Below the pieces are notes generated by a model. It saw only the letters and a program-made list of their open reading frames with translations, ran no database searches and had not been told where the DNA came from. Shown here piece by piece: positions 28,695 to 38,802 of a DNA stretch of 64,000 bases. The position numbers and the translations under genes were made by a program. Origin of the DNA: Candidatus Omnitrophota bacterium (lineage in GTDB: Bacteria; Omnitrophota; Gorgyraeia; Gygaellales; Profunditerraquicolaceae); the NCBI GenBank assembly GCA_963805065.1, contig CAWDSS010000010.1, positions 1,048,359 to 1,112,358 on the forward strand. Direction: 5' to 3'. Each line of letters begins with the position of its first letter. Within the stretch, counting starts at the first letter, position 1.

Positions 28695-29711
28695 ATGGCA
28701 ATATTACGTAAGTTAAAAGAGAAGCTGAAAAGAATTTCAGAGAAAAAACTTAGTTTGAAAAATTACGTATCTAAATCCGCAAAGCCCAGGCAACACGAGG
28801 AAGCCAAGAAAGAAATTTTAGGAGTCCGCGAGACGGCAATTGAACAGTCTAAATTTTCACATCCCGAGGTGACGCGGCCGCGAAAGTTTATGCCCGAAGA
28901 CCTGCCTTATCAATATGAGAAAGACAGGATTATCCTGCAGGTGCGCGATACCAGATGGCTGCATGCATATTGGGAGGTAAGGGGCGCGACTTTCGAAAGG
29001 CTAAAGAGTGAATTTAACCAGGATTTTTACAATTCCAAAATGATTCTTAGGGTTTATGACGTAAGCCAGATAATATTTAACGGGCTTAATGCCCACAGGT
29101 TTTTTGACATACAGGTGAATGATTTTGCCAATAACTGGTACATTGATACAGGTGGCCCTGGCAGGTCTTGGTGCGTAGACTATGGCTTGCTCTTATCCGA
29201 CGGAAGATTTATTACGATAGTGCGTTCTAATACCGTGCATACTCCACTTGAAGGCCCTTCCTGGATTACCGACGAAGAATGGATGATCCCGGACGATATG
29301 TTTGCACGCCTTTATGGCATGGGGTTTGGCCTCGGACAAAGTTCTCCTGTCGGAAAAGCCTGGCAGGAAAGGGTGAAGCAGGTATTATTCTCGGGAGTTT
29401 TTGCTTCTCCCGGAATGGCCTCAATGGCCAGCCCCGTTAAGAAAGCAGCCAAGGAAAGAAAATTCTGGTTAAAGGTTGATTGCGAACTGATTGTATACGG
29501 AGCGACCGAGCCTGATGCAAAAGTTACTGTGCAGGATAAACCAATTAGATTACGCTCGGATGGCACATTTACATTGAGGTTTGCGCTGCCGGACGGAAAA
29601 CAAGTAATACCTGTAAAAGCAGTATCTTCAGACGATATCGAAGAGCGCACCATTACTCCTATAGTTTCCAGAGAAACCAAAAGCAGCTCACTAATCAAAT
29701 CCCAGGTTTAA
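28695..29711 (+). CDS. DUF4912 domain protein
   Basis: DRIILQVRDTRWLHAYWEV motif. This family is commonly found next to GH57 glucan enzymes. Confidence 0.6.
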   Translation: MAILRKLKEKLKRISEKKLSLKNYVSKSAKPRQHEEAKKEILGVRETAIEQSKFSHPEVTRPRKFMPEDLPYQYEKDRIILQVRDTRWLHAYWEVRGATFERLKSEFNQDFYNSKMILRVYDVSQIIFNGLNAHRFFDIQVNDFANNWYIDTGGPGRSWCVDYGLLLSDGRFITIVRSNTVHTPLEGPSWITDEEWMIPDDMFARLYGMGFGLGQSSPVGKAWQERVKQVLFSGVFASPGMASMASPVKKAAKERKFWLKVDCELIVYGATEPDAKVTVQDKPIRLRSDGTFTLRFALPDGKQVIPVKAVSSDDIEERTITPIVSRETKSSSLIKSQV

Positions 29712-29714
29712 AAA

Positions 29715-31295
29715 ATGCATAAAGGATACCTTTGTTTGGTTCTGCACGGGCACCTCCCGTTTGTGCGTCACCCGGAACATGAAGACTTTCTGGAGGAGGA
29801 CTGGTTTTATGAAGCGATAACCGAGACATATATCCCTCTGATATCGGTTTTTGAGGGTTTGATTAATGACGGGATAGATTTCAGGGTCACTATGACTTTA
29901 AGCCCTACATTAATCTCCATGCTGACGGATCCTTTGCTTCAGGGACGCTACATAAAACACATCCATAAACTGATTGAATTAGCGCATAAAGAGATTGAGA
30001 GAACAAGTTGGCAGCCGCAATTCCAGCACTTGGCAATAATGTACCTCAATGAATTCTGCAAGGCGCGCGATATTTTTGAAAAGTACGGCCGTAACCTAAT
30101 CAACGCTTTCAAAAAATTTCAGGATCTGGGTAAACTTGAAATTGTTACTTGCGCTGCTACGCACGGATATTTTCCTCTCATGGATGTATGTAGGGAATCC
30201 GTGAGGGCGCAGGTCAAGGTTGCAGTGAGCCACTACGAGAGTGTATTCGGGAAAAAGCCAAAAGGTATATGGCTGCCTGAATGCGGGTATCAGCCTGGCC
30301 ATGATGAAATTTTAAAAGAATGCGGCATACGTTATTTCTTTACCGATTCCCATGGCGTATTGCACGGTACACCCCGCCCTAAATACGGCGTGTTTGCTCC
30401 GGTTTACTGCCGGGGAACCGGTGTAGCTTGTTTTGCCAGAGACCTGGAGTCTTCTAAACAGGTTTGGTCATCAATTGAAGGTTACCCCGGAGATTATAAC
30501 TACCGGGAATTTTACAGGGATATCGGTTTTGATTTAGAATTTGATTATATAAAGCCTTATATTCATCCTGACGGCGTAAGGATAAATACCGGAATAAAAT
30601 ATTACCGTATCACAGGCACCGGGAATAATAAAGAGCCTTATATTCCCCAGTGGGCAAAGGACAGGGCGGCTGATCATGCGGGAAACTTTATGTTTAACCG
30701 TCAAAGGCAGATAGAATATTTATATGATTTTATGGGTAAGAAACCCATTATCGTTTCTCCTTATGATGCAGAGCTGTTCGGGCATTGGTGGTATGAGGGT
30801 CCGAAGTGGATTGATTTTCTTGCCAGAAAGATCGCCTGCGATCAGGATGAGATAAGCATGATTACGCCTTCTGAGTATTTAGTTTCGAACCCGCGTAACC
30901 AGGTGATAACTCCCTCATTGTCAAGCTGGGGATGGAAAGGTTACAGCGAAATGTGGCTCCAGGGTGCGAATGACTGGATTTACAAGCACCTGCATGTAGC
31001 ATCGGAAAGAATGACCGAGTTGGCAAAGAGTAATCAAAACACAAACGGTTTACACAAAAGAGCACTTAATCAGGCATTGAGAGAATTACTCCTCGCTCAA
31101 AGCTCTGATTGGGCATTTATAATGGGTACCGGTACGCATACCAGTTACGCCGTACGCCGCACAAAAGACCATCTCTTAAGGTTTACACGCCTCTATGAAG
31201 AGATAAAATCAAATTCTATTGATGAAGATTGGCTTGCTGATATCGAATACAAAGATAATTTATTCCCGAATATAGATTACCGGGTTCATCAATAA
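29715..31295 (+). CDS. GH57-family 1,4-alpha-glucan branching enzyme
   Basis: GYLCLVLHGHLPFVRHPE, WLPECGY and SPYDAELFGHWWYEG motifs. Confidence 0.8.
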   Translation: MHKGYLCLVLHGHLPFVRHPEHEDFLEEDWFYEAITETYIPLISVFEGLINDGIDFRVTMTLSPTLISMLTDPLLQGRYIKHIHKLIELAHKEIERTSWQPQFQHLAIMYLNEFCKARDIFEKYGRNLINAFKKFQDLGKLEIVTCAATHGYFPLMDVCRESVRAQVKVAVSHYESVFGKKPKGIWLPECGYQPGHDEILKECGIRYFFTDSHGVLHGTPRPKYGVFAPVYCRGTGVACFARDLESSKQVWSSIEGYPGDYNYREFYRDIGFDLEFDYIKPYIHPDGVRINTGIKYYRITGTGNNKEPYIPQWAKDRAADHAGNFMFNRQRQIEYLYDFMGKKPIIVSPYDAELFGHWWYEGPKWIDFLARKIACDQDEISMITPSEYLVSNPRNQVITPSLSSWGWKGYSEMWLQGANDWIYKHLHVASERMTELAKSNQNTNGLHKRALNQALRELLLAQSSDWAFIMGTGTHTSYAVRRTKDHLLRFTRLYEEIKSNSIDEDWLADIEYKDNLFPNIDYRVHQ

Positions 31296-31363
31296 AATTC
31301 ATCGGGTCTATAATGCATAGTCCATAGACCTCTGGCCCGTAGCTTATAAGTTTCTACCATTAT

Positions 31364-32080
31364 ATGATTGATAAAGATAAATTACCTGAACACGTAGCGA
31401 TAATCATGGATGGCAATGGCCGCTGGGCACAGGAGCGCAGATTGCCCAGGACAGCGGGGCACCGCGAAGGGATAGCCAGAGTCAGGGAGATTGTTGAATG
31501 CGGCCGTGAATTAGGCATAAAGATAATCACGCTGTTTGCATTCTCTGCAGAAAATTGGAGCAGGCCAAAAAATGAAATAAATATGTTGATGCGTTATTTA
31601 AATAATTTTTTAGACCGCGAAGTAGCTAGATTACACAAAAATAATATTAAATTTCTGGTTATCGGCAGGAAAGAGCCGATGCCTAAGAACATACAGGAAA
31701 AAATCAGAAAAGCAGAAGAAAAAACAAAAGATAACTCCCGGATGACCTTGGCTTTGGCATTAAATTATGGTTCAAGGCAGGAGATTGTGGATGCTGTAAA
31801 AAAAATTGCCCTGGCAGTGCTTGAGGATAAAGCCGCTATTTCGGATATCAATGAGGATACGTTCGGCAGTTATCTTTATACGGCAGGCCTTAAAGACCCG
31901 GACCTGTTAATCCGCACGAGCGGTGAGATGCGCATAAGTAACTTTTTGCTCTGGCAACTTTCCTATGCCGAGTTGTGTTTCCCCAGGAAATATTGGCCTG
32001 ATTTTAAAAAGAGCGATTTTAAAAAGGCAATTGAAGAATACCAAAACAGGGAAAGAAGATTTGGTAGGGTAAATGCTTAA
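31364..32080 (+). CDS. uppS: Undecaprenyl diphosphate synthase
   Basis: HVAIIMDGNGRWA, FAFSAENWSRP and IRTSGEMRISNFLLWQ motifs. Confidence 0.95.
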   Translation: MIDKDKLPEHVAIIMDGNGRWAQERRLPRTAGHREGIARVREIVECGRELGIKIITLFAFSAENWSRPKNEINMLMRYLNNFLDREVARLHKNNIKFLVIGRKEPMPKNIQEKIRKAEEKTKDNSRMTLALALNYGSRQEIVDAVKKIALAVLEDKAAISDINEDTFGSYLYTAGLKDPDLLIRTSGEMRISNFLLWQLSYAELCFPRKYWPDFKKSDFKKAIEEYQNRERRFGRVNA

Positions 32081-32867
32081 TAAAAGAGTAATCAGCGCAA
32101 GCGTCTTAACAGCGATTATTATCGCAAGCGTATTTAATGCCTGGTTGTTTAGTATTGCCATTACTTTTTTCATAGTAATGGGCCTGTATGAATTCTTTAC
32201 GATGTTAGAGAATAAGGGCATCTTAATTTACAAATATTTCGGTATTGGTATGGGTGCAATAATACCCATCTCCATATTAACGCGTTTTGAACCAACGAAA
32301 AAGTGGGAACTTTTATTTATTGTTTTAACAGTATTGTTCTTGATAATGATGCAGTTTAAACGCAGGCAGAATTCAGGAGTAATCGTAGACATCTCTACTA
32401 CGTTCTTCGGTATTCTTTATGTTTCCTGGTTCTTGAGTTTCTTAATTAAGATAAGAAGCCTTGCCGGCGGGATAGGTTTATTGGGCCTGGTTTTACTGGC
32501 GACAAAATTAGGCGACATCGGAGCCTACCTTGTTGGTTCGCGTTTTGGTAAGACTCCCCTAATGCCGCGCATCAGCCCTAAGAAATCTGTTGAGGGGGCC
32601 ATAGGCGGTTTATTGTTTAGTATTTCGGGTGCGTTGGCAAGCAAGGCTTTTACGGGTTTTAGTTACCCGCATCTTTTATTAATCGGATTTTCTTTAGGCA
32701 TATTAGGGCAACTGGGAGATCTTTCCGAATCTTTGATGAAGCGCGATTGTCAGGTTAAGGATTCCGGAAATATTCTGCCTGGTCTGGGTGGAATCTTAGA
32801 CCAACTCGACAGCCTTTTGTTTACCGCCCCTGTATTTTATTTTTACTTAAGCATTATCTTAAGATGA
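32073..32867 (+). CDS. cdsA: Phosphatidate cytidylyltransferase
   Basis: Polytopic membrane protein with the C-terminal signature SESLMKRDCQVKDSGNILPGLGGILD. Confidence 0.85.
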   Translation: MLNKRVISASVLTAIIIASVFNAWLFSIAITFFIVMGLYEFFTMLENKGILIYKYFGIGMGAIIPISILTRFEPTKKWELLFIVLTVLFLIMMQFKRRQNSGVIVDISTTFFGILYVSWFLSFLIKIRSLAGGIGLLGLVLLATKLGDIGAYLVGSRFGKTPLMPRISPKKSVEGAIGGLLFSISGALASKAFTGFSYPHLLLIGFSLGILGQLGDLSESLMKRDCQVKDSGNILPGLGGILDQLDSLLFTAPVFYFYLSIILR

Positions 32868-32978
32868 GGACATAACTTATGGAGCACATAGTGCGACATA
32901 AGTTATCCGTCCGAACTTATCCTTGACACGTAAGATTCAAAAATAAATGTCATCGAATTCGTGTCAAGGATCTAATTC
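32865..32978 (+). repeat. Modular nested-palindrome repeat (M1 plus variant M2 with a different stem)
   Basis: M1 nearly identical to 15002-15037. M2 keeps the flanks GAACTTA...TAATTC but has the stem ATCCTTGACACG/CGTGTCAAGGAT (32919-32930/32960-32971). Confidence 0.85.
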
Positions 32979-32998
32979 ATGCAAATAAATCGAGCATA

Positions 32999-34153
32999 AT
33001 GAAAAACATAGCAATATTGGGTTCCACAGGTTCCATAGGTAATAACGGGCTGGAAGTGGCAAGGCGTTTCCCGGATAAGTTCCGTGTGGTTGCTTTAACT
33101 ACGGATTCTAACATCGGCGTCTTATGCAGGCAAATCAAAGAATTCAGGCCCCTGTATGTTTGCGTGAGGGATGAAGCAAGCGCCTTAAAATTAAAAAAGA
33201 TGCCAAATGTTAAATTTAAGCTTTTTACAGGCACAAAGGGCCTGGAGGCGCTGATGGAAGAAAGAACGATAGAGAAGGTGTTGGTGGCGATAAGCGGATC
33301 TGCTGCGCTTCCCGTGCTGTTAAAGGCTTTGGATTGCCAAAAGCAAGTTGCCCTGGCGAATAAAGAAGCTTTGGTTATGGCAGGTTCCTTGATAATGAAT
33401 AAGGCAGCCAGAAAGAAAATAAAAATCGTTCCAGTTGACAGTGAACAGTCAGCTATCTGGCAGTGCCTGGAATCCCGGGATTTAAGCAAATTGAAGAATA
33501 TTTATATTACTGCTTCCGGCGGCCCTTTTAGGAAAGCCAAAAAGAAGGACCTCAAGAATGTCTCAATTAAAGATGTGCTTAACCATCCCAGATGGAAGAT
33601 GGGCAAAAAAATCAGCGTTGATTCGGCTAATCTTATGAATAAGGGTTTAGAGCTTATTGAGGCAATGTTTTTATTCGATGTGCCTTGTGATAAAATAAAA
33701 ATCGTAATACACCCACAGGCAATAGTGCACTCGATGGTAGAATTCATAGACGGTGTGGTGCTTGCACAGCTATCGGCAACCGACATGCGTATTCCCATAC
33801 AGTATGCGCTCACCTTTCCGGAAAGGTTAGCTAGCCCCTTTCCCCGGATTGATTTTTATAAATTGAACGAACTTCAATTTAGCGCTCCGGATTTTAAGAG
33901 ATTCCCTTGTTTAAAACTGGCTTATTACGCAGCTACGGAGCTTGGGACCATGCCGGCTGTCTTGAACGCGGCTAATGAGGCCTGTGTGAATGAATTCTTG
34001 AGCAGGAGAATTAATTTTCTTGCTATCCCTGAGATTATTGAGCGGGTTATCAATAGGCACAAAAATAGGCTTCATCCGGATTTAGGCGAGGTCCTTGAGG
34101 CGGATAGCTGGGCAAGACACGAGGCTTATAACGTGATTAAGGAGTTGAATTAA
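32999..34153 (+). CDS. dxr: 1-deoxy-D-xylulose 5-phosphate reductoisomerase
   Basis: ILGSTGSIG, ANKE, DSEQSA, HPRWKMG and SANLMNKGLE motifs. Confidence 0.95.
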   Translation: MKNIAILGSTGSIGNNGLEVARRFPDKFRVVALTTDSNIGVLCRQIKEFRPLYVCVRDEASALKLKKMPNVKFKLFTGTKGLEALMEERTIEKVLVAISGSAALPVLLKALDCQKQVALANKEALVMAGSLIMNKAARKKIKIVPVDSEQSAIWQCLESRDLSKLKNIYITASGGPFRKAKKKDLKNVSIKDVLNHPRWKMGKKISVDSANLMNKGLELIEAMFLFDVPCDKIKIVIHPQAIVHSMVEFIDGVVLAQLSATDMRIPIQYALTFPERLASPFPRIDFYKLNELQFSAPDFKRFPCLKLAYYAATELGTMPAVLNAANEACVNEFLSRRINFLAIPEIIERVINRHKNRLHPDLGEVLEADSWARHEAYNVIKELN

Positions 34154-34156
34154 AAT

Positions 34157-35236
34157 ATGCTTACCTTTATTTTATTTTTATTTATTTTAAGCGTGCTTAT
34201 AATTGCGCATGAATTCGGGCATTTTATTGCCGCAAGGAAAGTAGGGGTAAAAGTAGAGAAATTCTCCCTGGGATTTGGCCCGGTGTTACTGAAGAAAAAA
34301 AAGAATGATACGGAATATACCCTAAGCGCTATTCCCTTAGGTGGATTCGTTAAGCTTGCCGGAGACGATTTGGAAGAATATAAGGGAGAAAAATTCGAGT
34401 ATTATTCCAAATCTATTTTTGACAGGTTTAAAATAGTGTTTTTCGGCCCGTTCTTGAATTATGTAATGGGAATTGTTTGTTTCTGGATTATACTGGTCAG
34501 CGGCTACCCTATGCTTACCACCAAAGTCGGCGGGCTGCTTGAGGGATTCGGTGCAAAAAAAGCCGGCTTAGAGGTAGGGGATAAAATCCTTGCTATCGAT
34601 GGTAAAAAAGTAGGGTATTGGGAAGACCTGCAAAAACTAATCCAAAGTAAAGCTACAGCCAGCCAGGTCAATGTCTTAGTATTGCGGGAAAATAAGGAAT
34701 TGGCCTTTACTGTTTCTATAAAAGAAAAACAGATGAACGACCAGCTTGGCCAGAAGCGCAATGTCGGATTGCTTGGTATTAGTCCCTTTGATGAAATCGT
34801 AAGCGTAAAATATGGGCCGCTGGAGTCATTGGGCCGTAGCTTTCAAAAGGCATGGGAATTGACGGCTATGACTTATACTGCGCTTTGGCGCATGATTACA
34901 GGTAAAATGTCCATCAGCGATTCGGTTGCCGGCCCCCTAGGGATTTTCTATATAACTTCCAAGGCAGCTAGCCTCGGAGTAACTGCGGTAATCCACTTAA
35001 TCGCGATATTAAGCATAAGCCTGGCTATCTTTAACCTCCTGCCTTTACCTGTGCTGGACGGCGGGCATATTTTATTTTTAATTATAGAAAAGGTACGCAA
35101 AAAATCCCTAAGTATAAAAACCGAACGCATCGTTACCCAAATCGGATTTAGTATAATTATAACCATGGCAATCTTTGTAACTTATAATGATATATTAAGG
35201 TTATTTGGAGATAAAATATCCAAGTTTTTGAAATGA
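34157..35236 (+). CDS. rseP: RIP site-2 metalloprotease (RseP family, one PDZ)
   Basis: HEFGH zinc motif, a PDZ-like GLEVGDKILAIDG and a C-terminal NLLPLPVLDGG. Confidence 0.85.
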   Translation: MLTFILFLFILSVLIIAHEFGHFIAARKVGVKVEKFSLGFGPVLLKKKKNDTEYTLSAIPLGGFVKLAGDDLEEYKGEKFEYYSKSIFDRFKIVFFGPFLNYVMGIVCFWIILVSGYPMLTTKVGGLLEGFGAKKAGLEVGDKILAIDGKKVGYWEDLQKLIQSKATASQVNVLVLRENKELAFTVSIKEKQMNDQLGQKRNVGLLGISPFDEIVSVKYGPLESLGRSFQKAWELTAMTYTALWRMITGKMSISDSVAGPLGIFYITSKAASLGVTAVIHLIAILSISLAIFNLLPLPVLDGGHILFLIIEKVRKKSLSIKTERIVTQIGFSIIITMAIFVTYNDILRLFGDKISKFLK

Positions 35237-36303
35237 AAATTATAAGGCGAAAAAGCTTGATAGTAAAGATAGGTGATGTCAAAATAGGAGGTTGTAATCC
35301 GGTTGCCATACAATCTATGGCTAAGCATAAGACCTCTGATATTGAAAAAACAGTTACACAGTTAAATTGCCTGAAAAAATTGGGCTGTGAGATTGCCAGG
35401 GTTGCTATAAAAGATACTAATGATGCCAGGGCGATAAAACAGATTAAAAATAAAGTAAAGCTTCCGATAGTTGCCGATATCCATTTTGACTGGCATCTTG
35501 CCATAGAAGCAATTGAAAGCGGGGTAGATAAAATCAGGCTAAACCCTGGGAATATCTACAAGAAAGAAGAACTAAAGCAAATAGTCAGTGCTTTAAAATC
35601 GGCTAAAATACCATTAAGAGTAGGTTTAAATTCCGGATCGCTAAAATGCGTAAACTCTAAACATTTAAGTGTACCGGATAAACTTGTGGCATCTGCTTTA
35701 AATTATATAAGGATAATTGAAAAAATGAAATACCACGATATAGTGGTTTCACTTAAAGCTTCTAGTGTGCTGGATACCGTAGAGGCATATCGAAAAATGT
35801 CTAAGCTATGCGAGTTTCCCCTGCATTTGGGAGTAACGGCTACAGGTGCGCCGAATCAGGGAACAATAAAATCCAGCATTGCCATAGGCGCTTTATTAAT
35901 GGAAGGAATCGGGGACACGATAAGAATATCGCTTACAGAAGAACCCGGGCAGGAAGTTGCTGCAGCCAAGGCCATTTTAGAATCTTTGAATTTAAGGCAT
36001 TTCGGGCCTGAAATCATCAGTTGCCCGACGTGCGGAAGATGCGAAGTGGATTTAGTTAAGATAGTCAAAGATTTGGATAAGAAGCTATCAGTCGTCAGTC
36101 GTCAGTCGTCAGTCAAACCCTTAAAAGTTGCTGTTATGGGTTGTGTTGTGAACGGGCCCGGTGAAGCACGAGAGGCAGATGTAGGTGTTGCCTTTGGGAA
36201 ATCCGAAGGATTATTATTCAGGAAGGGAAGAGCAATAAAAAAAATAGCTTACCATGATATAACAAATTCCTTATTGAAGGAAATGGAGCAATTGAATGCT
36301 TAA
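35233..36303 (+). CDS. ispG: 4-hydroxy-3-methylbut-2-en-1-yl diphosphate synthase
   Basis: VQSM, ADIHFD, RINPGN, CPTCGR and GCVVNGPGEA motifs. Contains a TCAGTCG heptamer array. Confidence 0.95.
   Translation: MKIIRRKSLIVKIGDVKIGGCNPVAIQSMAKHKTSDIEKTVTQLNCLKKLGCEIARVAIKDTNDARAIKQIKNKVKLPIVADIHFDWHLAIEAIESGVDKIRLNPGNIYKKEELKQIVSALKSAKIPLRVGLNSGSLKCVNSKHLSVPDKLVASALNYIRIIEKMKYHDIVVSLKASSVLDTVEAYRKMSKLCEFPLHLGVTATGAPNQGTIKSSIAIGALLMEGIGDTIRISLTEEPGQEVAAAKAILESLNLRHFGPEIISCPTCGRCEVDLVKIVKDLDKKLSVVSRQSSVKPLKVAVMGCVVNGPGEAREADVGVAFGKSEGLLFRKGRAIKKIAYHDITNSLLKEMEQLNA
36088..36115 (+). repeat. Heptamer array (TCAGTCG x3 plus TCAGTCA) inside ispG
   Basis: Read directly. Encodes SVVSRQSSV between the CPTCGR motif and GCVVNGPGEA, where this protein is about 7 residues longer than E. 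coli IspG as I recall it. Confidence 0.85.
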
Positions 36304-37549
36304 AATACTGAAAAATAAAATAAAGCAAAAGCTGATTTCTGCAAGACAGGATTTATTTGCTGACGATAAAGTTAGCGATGACCAGCTAAAGAAGATGGTA
36401 GGTTTTATACTGCAGGAGATTATTGAACAGGAGCGCCTGAATGTTTCTAGCGTAGATAAGAACTCTATCATAACTGAGGTAATTAATGATTTGTTCGGTT
36501 TTGGCCCGATAGAGGAACTCCTGAAAGACCCGCTGGTCAGTGAAATCATGATTAATGGCCCTAAGAAAATTTATGTCGAGAGAGCAGGGAAAAAAGAATT
36601 ATCCGGTATAACTTTCGAAGATGAAAAGCATTTGATGTATTTAATACACAGGCTACTTGGGCCAACGCGTAAACACATAGATGAATCCTATCCTTATACG
36701 GAGACAGTTTTAAGGGACGGCTCCAGAATGAATATCATTATTCCGCCTTTGGCATTGAACGGGCCTATCCTTACCATAAGAAAGTTTTCCAAAGAAATAA
36801 CCTCTATCGAAGATTTGTTGAACTTGGAAACCCTGGATAAGCGTATGGCTGATTTTCTGATTGCTTGCATGAAAGCAAAGATTAACGTGATTTTTAGCGG
36901 CCCTACTGGTTCCGGAAAAACTACCAATTTGAACGTGTTTTCTTCTTATATAAACAATGACGAACGCATCATTACCATAGAAGATACAGCAGAATTGCGG
37001 CTGACTCAGGATAATGTGGTCAGGCTGGAAGCAAGGCAGTCTAATATTGAAGGCAAGGGCGCAGTTACTATAAGGGATTTGTTCGTGAACTCGCTGCGCA
37101 TGAGACCCGACAGAATTATTATCGGAGAAATCAGGGGAACAGAGGCATTGGATATGCTCCAGGCAATTTGTTCCGGGCACCGCGGGGCATTGGCAATAAT
37201 CCACGGTAATTCTCCCCAGGATGTCATATACAGGATTGAGACCATGATTCTGTCTTCAGGAGTGCCTATGGGTCTGGAAACAATACACAGGCAGATTGCC
37301 GCAGCAATAAATCTTATCGTACACCAGGAACAGCTTACAGGCGGCTCGCGAAAGATTATTAATATAACCCAGGTAAGCGGATTAAAAGATGGTGGTGTTG
37401 TGCTGGAAGATATTTTTTACTATGACGTTAATAACGAGCGTAATAGCCAAAAACCCGGTTGGTACGCTACCGGAGTAATCCCGGTATTCTATAACTTATT
37501 TAAAAAAGCAGGCATGAACTTGCCGAGAGAAATTTTTAATAAGGACTGA
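36296..37549 (+). CDS. CpaF/TadA-family type II/IV secretion ATPase (orphan)
   Basis: SEIMINGP, Walker A GPTGSGKTT, ITIEDTAEL and PDRIIIGEIRG motifs. No other pilus or secretion genes nearby. Confidence 0.8.
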   Translation: MLKILKNKIKQKLISARQDLFADDKVSDDQLKKMVGFILQEIIEQERLNVSSVDKNSIITEVINDLFGFGPIEELLKDPLVSEIMINGPKKIYVERAGKKELSGITFEDEKHLMYLIHRLLGPTRKHIDESYPYTETVLRDGSRMNIIIPPLALNGPILTIRKFSKEITSIEDLLNLETLDKRMADFLIACMKAKINVIFSGPTGSGKTTNLNVFSSYINNDERIITIEDTAELRLTQDNVVRLEARQSNIEGKGAVTIRDLFVNSLRMRPDRIIIGEIRGTEALDMLQAICSGHRGALAIIHGNSPQDVIYRIETMILSSGVPMGLETIHRQIAAAINLIVHQEQLTGGSRKIINITQVSGLKDGGVVLEDIFYYDVNNERNSQKPGWYATGVIPVFYNLFKKAGMNLPREIFNKD

Positions 37550-37551
37550 TT

Positions 37552-38802
37552 ATGTTTTGGACAAAATGTTTTATACCTACTTTAAAAGAAGCGCCAAAAG
37601 AGGCAGAATCCATTAGCCACAAACTATTGCTTCGTGCAGGGATGGTACGCATGCTTATGTCGGGAGTTTATTCCTACCTGCCGCTGGGCTTAAAAGTATT
37701 AAATAATATAGAAAATATCATTCGCCAGGAAATGGATAACTGTTGTGCTTACGAAGTATTGCTTCCCGCCTTGCAGCCTTTGGAATTGTGGCAGAAGACC
37801 GGGCGCGATAAAGATATAGGTGAAGTAATGATACAATTTACTGACAGAAGAGGCAGGAAAATTTGCCTGGGTCCTACCCATGAGGAAGTGATAACCGAAC
37901 TGGTCAAAAGCCACGTATCCAGTTATAAACAAATGCCTTTAATATTGTATCAGATACAGACGAAATTCCGCGATGAAATACGGCCGCGTTTTGGTTTGGT
38001 GAGAGGTTGTGAATTCATTATGAAGGATGCCTATAGTTTTGATAAAGACGAAGCTGGCTTAGATAAAAATTATAATGCGATGTATGAAGCATATAAGCGC
38101 ATATTCAAGAGATGCGGTTTGAAATTCTTAACTACCGAGGCTGATTCGGGATTAATGGGAGGAAAAGTCTCGCATGAATTTATGGTCCCGGCGCGAGACG
38201 GAGAAGATATGGTTTTGTTTTGTCCGAACTGCAAGTCCGTCAAATCCTTTAAAGAAGGAGAAAGCCAAAATTGCCCCAAGTGCAAAGAAAAGGCGGATAA
38301 GATAAGCGCAATTGAAGTAGGCCATATTTTTAAATTAGGGACAAAATATAGCCAGGCCCTGGAAGCAAATTTTCTTGATGCCCAGGGTAAACTTAGCCCC
38401 CTAATCATGGGTTGCTACGGCATAGGAGTCTCAAGGTTAATCTCGGCAATAGTTGAGCAAAATAATGATGAATTCGGGATTATCTGGCCGGATGAGGTTT
38501 CTCCCTACAAATTGATAATTTTACCCCTGGATGTTACGGATCAAAAAATAACGGAATTAGCAATGCAGGTTTACAATGAGTTATTAGATTCCGGGGTGGA
38601 AGCGATTTTGGATGACCGCGATGAGCGCGCAGGCACAAAATTCAAGGACGCCGATCTTTTAGGCATTCAATTACAGATAATTTTAGGTCGTGATGCAGTT
38701 AAGAATAATACGCTGGAATTAAAAATAAGGCGTAATCAGGAAAAGATCATAAAGCCGAAACAGGAAATTATCAATAAAATTAGAGAGTTTGTACATGGAT
38801 AA
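37552..38802 (+). CDS. proS: Prolyl-tRNA synthetase, bacterial-type but without the INS editing domain
   Basis: Class II motifs (FRDEIRPRFGLVRGCEFIMKDAYSF; GCYGIGVSRL). Only 416 aa. A short CPNC-x17-CPKC segment sits where INS normally lies. Confidence 0.85.
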   Translation: MFWTKCFIPTLKEAPKEAESISHKLLLRAGMVRMLMSGVYSYLPLGLKVLNNIENIIRQEMDNCCAYEVLLPALQPLELWQKTGRDKDIGEVMIQFTDRRGRKICLGPTHEEVITELVKSHVSSYKQMPLILYQIQTKFRDEIRPRFGLVRGCEFIMKDAYSFDKDEAGLDKNYNAMYEAYKRIFKRCGLKFLTTEADSGLMGGKVSHEFMVPARDGEDMVLFCPNCKSVKSFKEGESQNCPKCKEKADKISAIEVGHIFKLGTKYSQALEANFLDAQGKLSPLIMGCYGIGVSRLISAIVEQNNDEFGIIWPDEVSPYKLIILPLDVTDQKITELAMQVYNELLDSGVEAILDDRDERAGTKFKDADLLGIQLQIILGRDAVKNNTLELKIRRNQEKIIKPKQEIINKIREFVHG

